From contig OX597816.1 in NCBI GenBank assembly GCA_951406725.2, forward strand, positions 26,164,001 through 26,228,000: a stretch of DNA of 64,000 nt. The letters run 5' to 3'. Shown piece by piece: positions 42,551 to 56,681 of this stretch. The notes below the pieces were generated by a model. The model saw only the letters and a program-made list of their open reading frames with translations, ran no database searches and was not told where the DNA came from. The DNA is from Octopus vulgaris. Lineage: Eukaryota. A program made the position numbers and the translations under genes. Position 1 is the stretch's first letter; every line of letters begins with the position of its first letter.

Positions 42551-42630
42551 AAGAGAGATAAAGAGTGGGTGCCTGTGTAAGGATAAGCGGGGTTCTTGCA
42601 CGCCTGCTTCCATGAATCCATGGTCGTCTG

Positions 42631-42664
<34 letters not shown>

Positions 42665-42834
42665 TCAATCATCCTCTCTCCTTTCTTTCAATTTTTCATT
42701 CTCTCTTACATTCATCTACCGCATTACCTCGGAGACGTTGCCATACGTGAACAACCATAAACACATGCATATTTGAATGTATACACTCGATGGTTTTATG
42801 TATGTCTATGTATGTAGGCAGTATTATGTCTGCA

Positions 42835-42936
<102 letters not shown>

Positions 42937-43019
42937 ACATGTATATATACATATAAAATTAACAGAATGAGATAAAAATCCAAGGCTGTGAAATATTTCA
43001 GAACATTTATAAATAGAAG

Positions 43020-43067
43020 GTCTTACAGCTGTTTCTGGGATATTTTATATATCCCCTCATCAGAGAC
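43020..43067 (-). ncRNA. Type I hammerhead ribozyme
   Basis: GTCT-CTGATGA-G-GGGATAT(ATAAA)ATATCCC-A-GAAA-CAGCTG-TA-AGAC; palindromic stem III ACAGCTGT. Confidence 0.88.
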
Positions 43068-43175
43068 GGTGTGAGAAAATGGTTAAGCAATAGTTATTCT
43101 AGATAAGATATGAAATAGAGAGTGAAGTGGTGGAATGAAAATAGACGTTAGATATGAAGGGATATTGTATCTGCA

Positions 43176-43249
<74 letters not shown>

Positions 43250-43429
43250 ATCCAAACATGAAAACACAACAACGCGAGGACGTGGAACAGGTATAGTATA
43301 ATTGGACGCTCAGGAAAGGAGGAGGGTTTAACATTCGGGCGGAGCTCTTCGTCAGAAACATAGGAAAAGGAAAGATCCAAAGAAAGGAAAACGGAGGGAA
43401 AAAAATCGCCAACGGTACACACGCGGATG

Positions 43430-44870
43430 ATAATTTTATGATTTCGTTAAACCGAAGAACAAAAATGAAAATAAGAATAGGACTGCAGATGGAAGTGCTC
43501 AGGTAACACTGAGACGAGAGGGAAAATAAACTGAAAGGTAGAATGAATAAACGCTCTAATTGGTCAAAACAACTTTATAACGTTCCCATATTATCATAAT
43601 TCGAGCATAAATATATATTAGAACAACAGGCCATCTAATGGTAAAACCCAATAGTATAAAATATACACATATATACGAATAAAAGGTGATAAAACTTAAA
43701 AGAGTAATACGAGTGAAGTCGAATGAAGTAAAATATATGTATTAGATTAATACATATTAAAGGCGATTAAAAATTTAACACAATGAAACTAAAATAATAT
43801 AAAAATATAAATATAAATATAAAAATAAAGGGCAAAGTGGTAACCAGAAAGGAGTTCATTCAAATTCATCTCTACGATCGTTTCAAAAGACGATGACTCA
43901 TTTCGTCAATATAAAATCCATTAAGGAAATACAAGGCAATGACCTTTCCTTTAGGACAAAATTTACAAAAGCTGCAGCAAAGTCTTTCTCTTAATTTAAT
44001 CAGTATTTTTTTTAAATGGACAATGGACTAATCCTCACTTGAATCCACTGAAATTCTGATTTTAATTTTTCTGATTACATTAAGTCATTGAACACTATAC
44101 TTTACTTCCCTACACCATTTTAGAATCGTCTGACAACCAGAAATGTGAAACTTTTGTAAATTATGCAGATATCTAATATATCTACATAATTTATTCCTTG
44201 AGGGAGAGCACTGGAATTTAACATTCTAACCAATAGTCCAGAGGTCCTCTTCAAATTGTTTCAAACCTGGGTTAGGAGGAGGATTATTTTTAGATTTGAA
44301 TAATTTACAAAATTCAGATTTATGGTCATAAAAGGATGTTTTGATATCCTTCTTATCGAAGAAGAAGGCTTGCCATCTAATACGGTTAATGGAAGAATTA
44401 GTCTTATTTATGAGCTGTTGCAGGATAAATTTTCTTGGAAGAACAGGTATATCCTTGAAAGAGGCGTTAATATTAATGGTCTTTATTCCGGTTTCAAGTT
44501 TAATAAAATAAAGCTTGGTGTATATGTATGAGTAAACACTTTATAGGAAAGATCCAGGGGAATAATTACAAGGTAGCTACATTTTGCTTAAGTATTCTAG
44601 GTAAGAATGATCACACTTGTGTAATGCGTGTGTGTACGTGTGCATGCATAATATACATCATGTTACCTAGGGCTTCTTATACCTGTTAAAATGTCTATTT
44701 GATGAGTTGTTGTTTATATATTTTCTGATGTGACTGATGCATAGCTACCCATAATTCTTCTAGTCGAACGTCTTTTGAATGCATCCATTGAAACATATGT
44801 AGAAGATATGAAGATATAAATGTTTTAATAACATCCTGAGCGTTTGTCTGCGTTTTCAGTTTTTCCTATG
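43430..44870 (-). mobile_element. Penelope-like element remnant (ORF N-terminal fragment plus terminal-repeat segments)
   Basis: Minus-strand peptide ASFKDIPVLP..LINKT..INRIRWQAFFF..FKSKNNPPP..LKQFEEDLW..NVKF resembles the N-terminus of Naiad-type PLE ORFs; hammerhead 3' half GAAACGATCGTA at 43873-43884(-). Confidence 0.65.
44085..44520 (-). pseudogene. PLE ORF N-terminal fragment with an in-frame TAG
   Basis: Hand translation; stop at 44226-44228; no RT core follows. Confidence 0.65.
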
Positions 44871-44875
44871 CATAT

Positions 44876-45018
<143 letters not shown>

Positions 45019-45123
45019 AAAAGCAATAAAGATTCAAGTTAATTTAAATGAATTTACTTGAATATGGTACCTAACTTAGATGCACCAAAAAAACCACTAG
45101 GATGTCTAGAGAACTCACATGTA

Positions 45124-45214
45124 TTTTAGCTGATGAGTACGGAACACGTTTATATGCTGTAATTTTTGCAACTTTTAATAAAGCCTGTCCTTGTATGAAA
45201 CGATTGTACTAAAA
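45124..45214 (+). ncRNA. Type I hammerhead ribozyme with extended stem II
   Basis: TTTTAG-CTGATGA-GTAC...GTAT-GAAA-CGATTG-TA-CTAAAA; perfect 6-bp stem I; GUA triplet ends at 45208. Confidence 0.85.
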
Positions 45215-45244
45215 ACCTATCCATTCTTGTTGCTTCTTTCTCGC

Positions 45245-45318
<74 letters not shown>

Positions 45319-45336
45319 GTATATATATATATATGC

Positions 45337-45378
<42 letters not shown>

Positions 45379-45429
45379 GAATATATTTATATGTCTGTGC
45401 GAGTGTGTGTGTGTGAGAGAGTTATAAAT

Positions 45430-45480
<51 letters not shown>

Positions 45481-45523
45481 TGTAAACAGTGTGCGTTCAG
45501 CTGCACTGCAAGAGCTCATATGC

Positions 45524-45554
<31 letters not shown>

Positions 45555-45959
45555 AATATATACGTAAAATAAAATATGTATATATAATATGTAAAAACAT
45601 ACATCTGTCAGTGTCTGTGCTCTGACATATTCAGAATTGAGGTCGGAAGAGAAGGAAAATAACTCGTTAACTTTTATTTATGTTTTATATATATGAATTA
45701 CTTGTGTTTATGCGTGTATAATTCGTGTAAATGGTCTGCGCATATGTGCATGGTTGAGCGTGTAAGCATGGGTTCATATACACACAGACAAGCAGGCATT
45801 TATGCATACAAATGTGTATATGTCTATGTGTATATGTACGTGTATATATATGCATACATAAATACATACATGCATATGTATTCACACATATATGCATATA
45901 TGCACAGATATATATATATATATATATATACATACATACACACATACATATACACATAC

Positions 45960-46009
<50 letters not shown>

Positions 46010-46376
46010 GTGTATTCATACATTCATCAGAATGAACGTACATACATAGACGTCTAAATGTTTCTATGAGTTATTTTCGCACATGTCAAAACAACAACTG
46101 CATGGAAAGTCATGACATCGCTTCAGGAGAGAGAGAGAGTGGCGTGATCTGTCTAGCCTCCTCCCGTTGGAATTACTTTATTTTTTCTGCTTTTGCTTCT
46201 CCCTCTGTAGTCGACAATCTCAATTTAACACTCTATTCCGCTACAAATTAACGTAAATCATAGGTACACGTTTGTCGAGTGGTGTGTCTTTATTTCAGTA
46301 GGTAATTTAGTGTAAATCGTCGAGACGAGTAAATAAAAATATCTTTAAACAGGAACTCCATGTCTATTAGAGGTGG

Positions 46377-46428
<52 letters not shown>

Positions 46429-46439
46429 TATATATATAT

Positions 46440-46651
46440 CGCCATGTTGATTCGCTAGCTTCTGCACGCATTTTTTTTCTCTCCTTGTTTCTCTCCGTGT
46501 TTCTTTTCTGTGTATATTTCTGTTGAAGAGCGTAGGCTCGAAACGTAAAAGACTTGTTTTATTTATATTCCTGAGCGCCATAATAATACAATTGTTTGTT
46601 TGTATTCCACCTGCCTTCGTCTTTTGTTTATTTTCATAAAGCTTCCCGTTA
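46440..46651 (+). mobile_element. About 200-bp hammerhead-bearing repeat family in (TA)n
   Basis: Near-identical to 28296-28530; relatives at 17690-17872, 33089-33203, 50250-50360, 54870-54985, 19690-19900 and 43245-43425(-). Confidence 0.8.
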
Positions 46652-46714
<63 letters not shown>

Positions 46715-46876
46715 CAACTTCTCAAAATGAAATAGTGTACATTTAACACAAAAGAAAACTACCTTTAATAGGTAATATTTACACGCTAGAAGAAGCAGGC
46801 AAAACGACCAAAACCACATTTTAAGAGCAATTTTCGAAGTTAATGAAAAATAGAAACTTTTATCTTGTAAATTTTT

Positions 46877-46949
46877 ACGGTCATACCTAGGTTTCAGATT
46901 ATTTTAGCAAATAGAATAATTTGCTAGGCGATTCCTCATCAGTAACCGT
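46877..46949 (-). ncRNA. Type I hammerhead ribozyme
   Basis: ACGGTTA-CTGATGA-[TAGCAAAT/ATTTGCTA hairpin]-GAAA-CCTAGG-TA-TGACCGT; palindromic stem III ACCTAGGT. Confidence 0.85.
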
Positions 46950-46955
46950 GTATGC

Positions 46956-47008
<53 letters not shown>

Positions 47009-47283
47009 AGATAATGGTGTCATTGAGACCCAAAGGTGCCAGGTAATGCTGAATAAGTGCTCTAGAAAGACCATAGTTAAGTTCCAGATTCGGTAATATT
47101 GCCGTCTCCCATTAAGGGATATTATTAATATCCTGGAAACAGCTTTAAGACGTTCTATCTATAAATGCTCTAATATCTAAACAGCCTTGTCTTTTTATCT
47201 TATAACGCAAAAAATTCTTATATATATATATATACGTTTATATATCTATATATACATATATACATATATATATATGTATATTC

Positions 47284-47386
<103 letters not shown>

Positions 47387-47964
47387 TTTATCAATATATA
47401 TTTTTATCAAAATATTTTTATCAAAAAATTTCAAGAAAAATTTCAAGAAAAATTTTCTGCAACCAGCGGTCAAGTGAGAAAATAGAAATAGTCACAGACT
47501 ATATAATATATTCAACAAAATATTAAGGAAAGACCCTTACAGGTCATTCGACTCACTTGAAAAGAGCAGCCAAAACTCAAACCGCAAAAATAGTAGTAAT
47601 TCTGAAAGCTAAAGGAGATATTCGATCCTCAGGTTTTTGCTGTAAGATACCTGCTGTGAAATCGTGTGTTGAAACAGATATTGTATTTCGGCATGGTCAT
47701 TCTTCCCCCACCCCCAATAAACACACGAACTATATATTTGTTCTTCTCTCGTTTACTACTGTTTCAATCTTCTTAAAACTTTAACTCATTTCCATTGTCC
47801 GAAAATCCTTCGTCATACATCTGTAACCTTTCTAACGACACTTTTCATATTCGTGTGTGCACCTTGGGCAAGTGTCTTCTGCTATAGCCTCAGGCCGACC
47901 AAAGCCTTGTGAGTGAATTTGGTAAGACGGAGACTGAAAGAAGCCCGGTGTATACATATATATT

Positions 47965-48387
47965 CTCTTTTTCTTTTTTTTCTCTTTTACTTGTTTCAGT
48001 CATTTGACTGCGGCCATGCTGGAGCACCGCCTTTAGTCGAGCAAATCGACCCCGGGACTTATTCTTTGTAAGCCCAGTACTTATTCTATCGGTCTCTTTT
48101 GCCGAACCGCTAAGTGACTGGGACGTAAACACACCAGCATCGGTTGTCAAGCAATGCTAGGGAGACAAACACAAACACACAAACACATACACACACATAC
48201 ATATACATATATATATACATATATACGACAGGCTTCTTCCAGTTTCCGTCTACCAAATCCACTCTCAAGGCATTGGTCAGCCCGGGGCTATAGCAGAAGA
48301 CACTTGCCCAAGATGCCACGCAGTGGGACTGAACCCGGAACCATGTGGTTGGTTAACAAGCTACTTGCCACACAGCCACTCCTGCGC

Positions 48388-48389
<2 letters not shown>
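47965..48389 (-). mobile_element. SINE family A, full length (partial + copy at about 47855-47950)
   Basis: Reverse-complement match to the family consensus. Confidence 0.9.
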
Positions 48390-48431
<42 letters not shown>

Positions 48432-49211
48432 ATGTAGATATTTAATCTCATTAATGTGTACACGTATTTAAATATATACATATGTAAATGCATACATGTA
48501 AAAACTCAGATGCACGAATATGCATGCATACACACACACGCACATATATATATTGATATTGATTCATACATACATACTTACATATATGTGTCTATATATA
48601 CGTATGTGTGCGTGCGAGCGTGCACGTGCACACTTGTGTGCATGTAGCCTAGTCACACGAACTTAATTCGTAGGGCACAGATTGGCACCCGAGCCCAGCA
48701 AACGTGGTTCGTGTAACGAGCCTATGAAACAAATCTAAGCGTGGGCCGAATTACGCTGTTTTAAAACACACACATACACAGACACACTCTCACACACGCA
48801 CACGCTCGCACACGCACACACACACACATATATAAAATTCGGGTGGAGTTGTTTTGTAATCAAGCAGTTATGAAGTACCGACATGTGACGATAGTATCAC
48901 TTGAGGTTTGTACTCCAATCGTCACCATTGCCGTTGTTGTGTTGATGTTGTGGTTTCATCCTTAAACCAAACCTGATGGAGCAGATCAATGATAAATGGA
49001 ATCCCAGACGTGCCCAACCCATCAATTTGCATCTCTGCATTTTATCTCTGTCTGCCTAATGTTTGTAATTGAGATTAAAATAACCGAGACAGGATGTAGA
49101 CACAGGAAGGCTGACAACTGGCAAACAGGCAAGCAGACATTCATAAATATATGCTTATGTGCTTGTATGTGGGTTCATGGGTTCCTGTAGTTCAAACGGG
49201 ACTACTTATAC

Positions 49212-49249
<38 letters not shown>

Positions 49250-49251
<2 letters not shown>

Positions 49252-49440
49252 CTGTGTTTGTGCCCCCAACATCGCTTGACAACTGATGCTGGTGTGTTTA
49301 CGTCCCCGTAACTTAGCGGTTCGGCTAAAGAGAGCGATAGAATATGTACTAGGGTCCTGGGGTCGATTTGCTCGACAAAACGCGGTGCTCCAGCATGGCC
49401 ACAGTTTTATGACTGAAACAAGTAAAAGAATAAAAGAGTA
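49250..49440 (+). mobile_element. SINE family A, 3' half
   Basis: Core and tail only. Further partial copies at about 13625-13765(-), 15985-16310(-), 16790-16915(-), 21595-21760(+), 56180-56330(-). Confidence 0.8.
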
Positions 49441-49560
49441 TATATATATACTCATCTATGTAATATACAATCCATCTCTCTATATATGTACATACATGTT
49501 ATTTACACACACACACACACACATATATATATGCATATACATATATATATGTATACATAC

Positions 49561-49624
<64 letters not shown>

Positions 49625-49654
49625 TCACACACACACATGCATGCATCCCATTGG

Positions 49655-50250
49655 TCCATTGATTGATGATAACGGCATTCTCCAACATGATCGATGCTAA
49701 AGAAATGGCAGAGGTACACCAGAAACAATACTGTTCTGTCTTTAGTAATCCCACTAATATTGACGTAAGGGATGTGAACGAAGTCGATTCCCAATTTACA
49801 TAATCTCGTACATAACCTTTACTGCTTCAGACATCATTGCAGCTATAAGTGAGGTCAAATACAATGTGTCATCATTCTTCTTTTCTCCTCCTTTGCACGG
49901 CCACACCTCGTATACTGCTACCCGCTGCGGTCTCCCCATACAAAACAAAACATTCCCGAAACTGAATCACCCTGAGGTCATTCACTAAAAAGATAAAGAG
50001 CATGAGTGATCTCGATTACTGGGACAGATTTAAAGCATTGAAACCCTATTCTCTCCAGCGCCACCGTGAGCGATATATCATTTGCACGATGTGGAGAATA
50101 TACCTCCAGTATTGCCCAAACGACTTCACCATTAGCTCCAAAATTCATCCAAGGCTAGGACACCGGGTTATACGCCCCCTACCCAATTCAGGATCACATC
50201 ACATTAATACACAGCTACACAATATATTTTCCTCAACACGCTCTGCCCTC
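49655..50250 (+). pseudogene. CR1-clade LINE ORF2 fragments (internally deleted)
   Basis: EMAEV..KQYCSVFS linker motif; RPHL.YC.P..SP; LDYWDRFKALKPYSLQRHRERY. Confidence 0.8.
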
Positions 50251-51129
50251 TGTTCCTTTCTGTGGAAGACCGTAGGCTCCAAACGTTAAGGACTTTTTCA
50301 CTTCCCGAGCGTTATTCTAATACATCTGTTTGTTATCTACACCACCTTTCTTCGTCTGGGCGAGGCGATGCGGACTCCTTCCCGTCTCTGGTGAATTGCA
50401 CAATCACTCTAGTAACTGTAGAAAGCGGAAACCCAAGCTTTTCTCTGATTTTACGCTGGCTATGTCTACGTGTAGAATGACCCACAATACGGCTTCTTTG
50501 AAATTTAGGCAGTTACAAGGCTTCGTTTGTATATGACATGGTTAAACAGGCATATATAGAACCTGAAGCATATAAACGTCAATTAATAAAAGATATAAGC
50601 ATAAAACGATGTTTTATGAGGTGTCAGTTTACTTCTGACATTCCTTTGTATATATATATATACATGTATATATTGATATGAGTGTGTGTGTTATTTTGGA
50701 AGGAGCGTGGTTTAGTGGTTACGGAGTTGCTCTTACAATCACAAGATCTTAATTTCGATTCTCAATTCTCAGACTGAGGATGCATTGCGTTCTTCAGCAA
50801 GACATTCCATCTCACGTTGCTTCATTCCACTTCGTTGTAAATAGGTAAATCTGTGACCGATTGGCGTTCAGTTCCAGCGAATGTTAAGCCTGCCCACGTA
50901 ACCAGCGACGTGGTATCGTTCGAAAGTTACGACAATGCGAGGAAGCGCATGGTGACCAACGCTGTAAAATATATGATAGTTTGGTAGAAACGATGTGTGT
51001 GTATGTGGATTGGGTTACCTACGTTCAGTCCACTGCAGAACGAAGGCTCCAGCATGTCCTCTCCACCAAGCACGGTCTGATGTGGACGCTGCGAATTTGG
51101 GCTTCAGATCAGAACCATATCAGCATGTA

Positions 51130-51460
51130 GTTAAGTCGATTACGTCTTTGCTCAACTGATACTTAATTTATCGACCTCGAAAGGATGAAAAGGAAAGTCG
51201 ACCTCAGTAAAATTCGAACTCTGAACGTAAAGTCGGACGAAATAGCTATTTCTTTACTACCCACAAGGGGCTAAACACAGAGGAGACAAAAAAGGACAGA
51301 CAGACGGATTAAGTCGATTATATCGACCCCAGTGCGTAACTGGTACTTAATTTATCGACCCCGAAAGGATGAAAGGCAAAGTCGACCTCGGCGGAACTTG
51401 AACGTAACAGCAGACGAAATACGGCTACGCATTTTGCCCATCGTGCTAACCATTCTGCAT
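51130..51460 (-). mobile_element. SINE family D, tandem (about 1.5 copies)
   Basis: Two successive core blocks. Other copies at 21220-21520(+), 29738-29882(-), 53282-53500(+), 57930-58095(+), 60868-61090(+). Confidence 0.85.
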
Positions 51461-52937
51461 ATATGGTATGTATGTATGTATGTATGTATGTATGTATGTA
51501 TGTATGCATGTATGCAAGCATCTATGTATCTATGTATATATGTATGTATTTTTTTCGCCCTTTTAAAGCCTAGCCAGGCTCATGGGCACGGTTTCCCGGT
51601 TTCAATGGCGTATGTGTTCCCCAGCTGGACGGGACGTCAGTCCATCGCAGGGATGTATGTATGTATAAAATAGTATATCTTATTGATAAATCAACGTTAT
51701 TGATGTTATAGTTCTCTGTATCAAAAGGTAAAGCTAATTAAAATAGGCGCACTGTTAAGCAAGTAGATGTGCACAGATACTTAAAACAAATACCTCTATA
51801 GTTTCACATTTAGCTTGTTATTTCCAGACGCATTATACTCGCTTATATGCAAAGGAGGATATGTATACATACATGCTCCTTTGTATATATTTGTGAATGT
51901 ACGTATTTATCTAAACTGCATGAACTGTTTGTGTGTGTGTGTGTCTGTGTGTTGTGTGTTGTGTGTGTGAGGAAGCGTAAAGAGCAAACATCTTTTAAGA
52001 ACACCGGAGTGATGTGATTCGAAGCTGGAGTACTTAGTTGCAGCTTAATAACATGAAGCCGTTTACAGACAAGCTTCCTACCGGATAGGATACCGGCCTA
52101 TCGTAGATAACATTCTCAAAATATCTTAAACCCATTGCCGACATCTAGATAGACTGAAGTGGAGTAGAAAAATAGACTCCTGTCGGCAGCAGATTTCAGA
52201 TGATGACCCACCCATAAGCAGCCGGTCGAATAATTTGTTAATTTGGTCGTCTATTTATGATAATTGGCGGAGATTGTATAAGTGTATATATATATACAAT
52301 AGGATTACAATAGACCAATCCTAAATTGTTATGAAAGTTATGGAAGTTAACAATGAAATGGAGAATGGATTGACAAATATTTAATTCTATATAAGTTGTT
52401 GACACATAATTATGAGAAGTGTGTAATCCACTTGACATTGCTACGCACCCAGCTACTTCAGTCTGTAGTGGAACAGATTAAAGCAGCGATTAGCGTTAGA
52501 TTTGCATTAAAATACACGTTCCTATTTTCCTATTCCCACCATGGAATCTTAAAGATATTTGGTATGGTGGAATAGTCGTTGTATGCATATGTAAAACACA
52601 TTTACGTTCAATCATGCTTTTTTAAACATATTTAAAATTGGCTGTTATAGAACGAATGTTTTGACTTTAGCATTTGTTGTGCAACGCTCAACTTGAATTT
52701 TATGGTAATTCTGTGAGAGAAATGACAATTATATTTTAAAGCAATTTATCAAGAGGGGCTTCTAAAAACCCATTTAGCAGAAAAAATTGGTAGATACCAC
52801 ATGATATGTATTTCTAAAAAGATATTCCCATATACAGTTGTAGTCCCAATTGAAACCATTTTCTCTACATCGGTTTTTAATAGATTTAGAAAAGACATCA
52901 GCGATTTCATTTTTGTCTCTACTATATAACTGAGGGC

Positions 52938-53226
52938 GGAGGCACATAGCCTAGTGGATAGAGCAGCGGGGATCGCGGGTTCGAATCTCAGACTGGGTGG
53001 TGTGTGTGTTTATGAGCGAAACACCTAAGTTCTACGCGGCTCCAGCAGAAGGTAATGGCGAACTTCTGCTGACTCTTTCGCCACAACTTTCCTTCAATCA
53101 TACCTCCTGCATCTTGCAGCTCACCTGCGACGAATCGGCGTCCCGTCCAGTTGGGGAACCTATACGCCAAGGAAACCGGGAAACCGGACCTATGAGCCAG
53201 GCGTGACTTGAGAAGGGACAAACAGC
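52938..53226 (+). mobile_element. SINE family C with target-site duplication
   Basis: TSD ATATAACTGAGG at 52924-52935 and 53227-53238. Confidence 0.9.
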
Positions 53227-54465
53227 ATATAACTGAGGCTGTAGAACCGGTATAAATAATTATTATTTCAATACAAAAAAACCAGCGAGCTGGCAGAATC
53301 GTTGGGATACTGGGTATAAATGCTTAGTAACATTTCGTCCCTTATTACATTCTGCGTTCAAATTCCGCTCAGTCCTGAGTTTGTCTTTCATCATTTCGGG
53401 GTCGATAAAATAAATATAAGTTGAACACTGGGGTCGATGTAATCGACTTACACCCTCCACTGAAATTGCTGGCCTTGTGCCAAGATTTCAAATCAATATT
53501 TTAACACAGAATAGAATTTGTATTTAAAATCCGTTTTTTGTCATTCTTTTAATGTTTTTCTTGACGAAACTGTAGAAATTGTTTGGGATGTTCGAAATAA
53601 TACGTACTGGAATTTTATTCGCTTGTCTTGTTAATTGTTTCTTCAATTAACAGAGTTTAAAAAAAGAGGCATCAAAGAGACAACTATGGGGAGGTTTGAA
53701 ATAGTCTGTTTCAGAAATCAATCCTAATCCATATTATTCAAATATAATCAATCAGTGGTACAGTTAAATTCCGCAGAACATTCCGAATATTCTCCACGTG
53801 AATTTCCCATCCTAAACATATGAAAACATGGAAAATACTCCAGAGAACACTCCCCATGTGAATTTCCTGAGCTAGACATATGCATTCATTCACATATGCA
53901 TATGGAGCTCTTGAGCACATACACAAACACACACACACAAAGAAGCACACACCCTTACACACACAACACACATGCACACATACACAGACACACGCATACA
54001 TAAAAGTGAAGAACAAACACTTGTACGCTACAGGAAAATGTAGAACGTGTGAACGAGAGACACTTGTGTGCTAAAGTGAAATGGATATCAGTCAGACAAA
54101 TACAAGTTATCCACGAGCACAAACATACATAAATACACACTTCAACTGACTCAGACGTCCACAAATCGCCAACACCTGCCTCAATTGAAACAAAAGAGTC
54201 TTGCCACTTGCTTATTGGCCAGCTTCAGTTATCCAAATGAAAAAGCACACACACACATAATATATATATATATTTGAGTAGTTGAATGAATTATCTTATT
54301 ATGGATAATTCGGTTAACCGATACCTGGGTAGCAAATTTACGTCAGAAAAACTCGGTTGAAGCTACATGCCAAGGGCAGAGATCACGTGCTTTCGTGTGG
54401 AAATTTGTGTGTTTTTTTAAATACAAATAAATGACGAACAAGTCGTATAACTCCATTCTTTCATT

Positions 54466-54525
<60 letters not shown>

Positions 54526-54556
54526 GAAATAAATGAAAGAATGGAGTTATAAGACT

Positions 54557-54639
<83 letters not shown>

Positions 54640-54769
54640 GCAACAACATTGAGGAACGGCCTCAATAGGCCATTCTAAATATATAGTCTCTGACTATTTT
54701 CTCTTTCTCACTAGACCGCTGGTGGCGAAAAAATTTCTATTGAATTTTTTGCTACCCTATATTGATTAG

Positions 54770-54846
<77 letters not shown>

Positions 54847-54919
54847 ATATATATATATATATATAAATATATTACGTTTTTCTCTGTTTCATTATTCTCT
54901 CACCCCGACTACTTTATTC

Positions 54920-54955
54920 CTTTCTGAAGAAGAGCATAGGCTCGAAACGTCAAGG
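54920..54955 (+). ncRNA. Minimal type I hammerhead ribozyme
   Basis: CTTT-CTGAAGA-A-GAGC(ATAG)GCTC-GAAA-CGTC-AAGG; stem III reduced to the palindrome ACGT. Confidence 0.8.
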
Positions 54956-55164
54956 TCTCTTCCATTTTCTTTGAGTGACAGTTGTTTTTTTAACGATTTT
55001 GGATCATACATGCATACCTACATGTGCACTCACATACACACACATACACACACATCATTAACACACATCATTAATAGCGATTATAAGCTGTGTTAATACA
55101 AAAAGGTAATGCTTGACTTCACTTAAAAGTGGGTTTTGTGTTATAACACATACATTGCATGTAC

Positions 55165-55199
<35 letters not shown>

Positions 55200-55234
55200 T
55201 ATATAACTTAAGTACCATATTCATCTGAATCTAA

Positions 55235-55294
<60 letters not shown>

Positions 55295-55375
55295 TTAGAT
55301 TCAGATGAATATGGTACTTCAGTTGAGGCACCAGAATTAAGTATGGTATTATCCATACAATTTCAAAATCAAAGT

Positions 55376-55780
55376 AAGCAACAAGGATATCCAGAAGTAA
55401 TGCAGTACGATCGTTTCATGCAACTCCGCTTAAGTGAACAATGCAATCATTTCATTACATCAATTTAAAATGTAGAGCAATCTTCAGCTGTACAAAGACA
55501 TAGAATTTATTTAAATTAGGACACATTAGTATAATTTTACCCAAAATCTCCAAGAGGATGAGAAGATAGACAAAGAACATGTTTTACCAACGACATCATA
55601 GTTGTAACAACAATTCTCTTGGAGATTTTGGGTAAAATTATACTAATGTGTCCTTCTAATTTAATTAAATTCTATGTCTTTGTGCAGCTGAAGATTGCTC
55701 TACATCTTAAATTGATGTAACGAAATGATTGCATTGTTCAATTAAATCCTACTGCATTACCTCTGGATATACGTGTTGCT
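55376..55780. repeat. About 400-bp fold-back containing a hammerhead
   Basis: Arms about 55376-55555 and 55615-55780. Confidence 0.9.
55401..55492 (-). ncRNA. Type I hammerhead ribozyme with long stem II insert
   Basis: TACAG-CTGAAGA-TTGCTC...GGAGTTGCAT-GAAA-CGATCG-TA-CTGCA; palindromic stem III ACGATCGT. Confidence 0.75.
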
Positions 55781-55786
55781 TTTTTT

Positions 55787-55853
<67 letters not shown>

Positions 55854-56681
55854 TGAGAGTGAGAGAGAGAAAGTAAGAGAGACACACACACTCATACACA
55901 AACTTTAAAGCACTGGCCTACTTACCACAAGTTGGTTTTTCGTTCTCTCTTTTTCTACTCAGTTATATTTTCCTTTCCATATATGGTCCATACATGAATT
56001 CAATAAGGGTTTTTTCCTTCTTTCAAATTATAACTTAATGTGATAAAATGCAACAATGAAAATAATTGAAAGAATAGAGATATCATTGAATGCATGTTAA
56101 CTGTTGATGTCAATGTTGAGAGTCCAATGAAATTTTTATTATTATTAATAATCAAACAATGAATGATACCTCTAACCTGTTACAGTCGTTAGACTGCTGT
56201 CATGCTGGGGCATGCCTCGAATAATATTTCATCGAATGTATCGATCTAAATACTAATTTTGTAAAAGCCTAGTCCTTCTTCTATCGGACACTTTCGCCGA
56301 ACCGCTACGTTATAGGGACGTAAACACACGAGCTAACGTTTCTGCCAGCTCGCCGCCTTAGAGACGCATTATGATGTTGCTGCAGTGATACCACTATGTC
56401 TGGAGGATGCATTTGACGATGTAGCCCAAAATATGTATTGGAAGTACACATTGGATATGTAATCCTAGATACATTATTCCAGAAGAAATAAAGATAAGGA
56501 ATAGTCACGGCTGGATCACTGTTCATTGCATGTCTGTTAGATTATGGTTGACCTATGTTCCAAGGAGCGATAACCATGAAAACATCACCGGTGAAGCAGG
56601 TCAGTCAGGCAACATTTTGCTGACACTTATTTCCGAACCAGTTCGATCTTCGACCATTGGACTCCCTCCTTTACTGACAGT

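Noticed and set aside
39418-42776. Long ORFs of YI, CV, HT and MYVC repeats (also 18183-18764 and many others)
   Set aside because: Translations of stop-free microsatellites, not genes.
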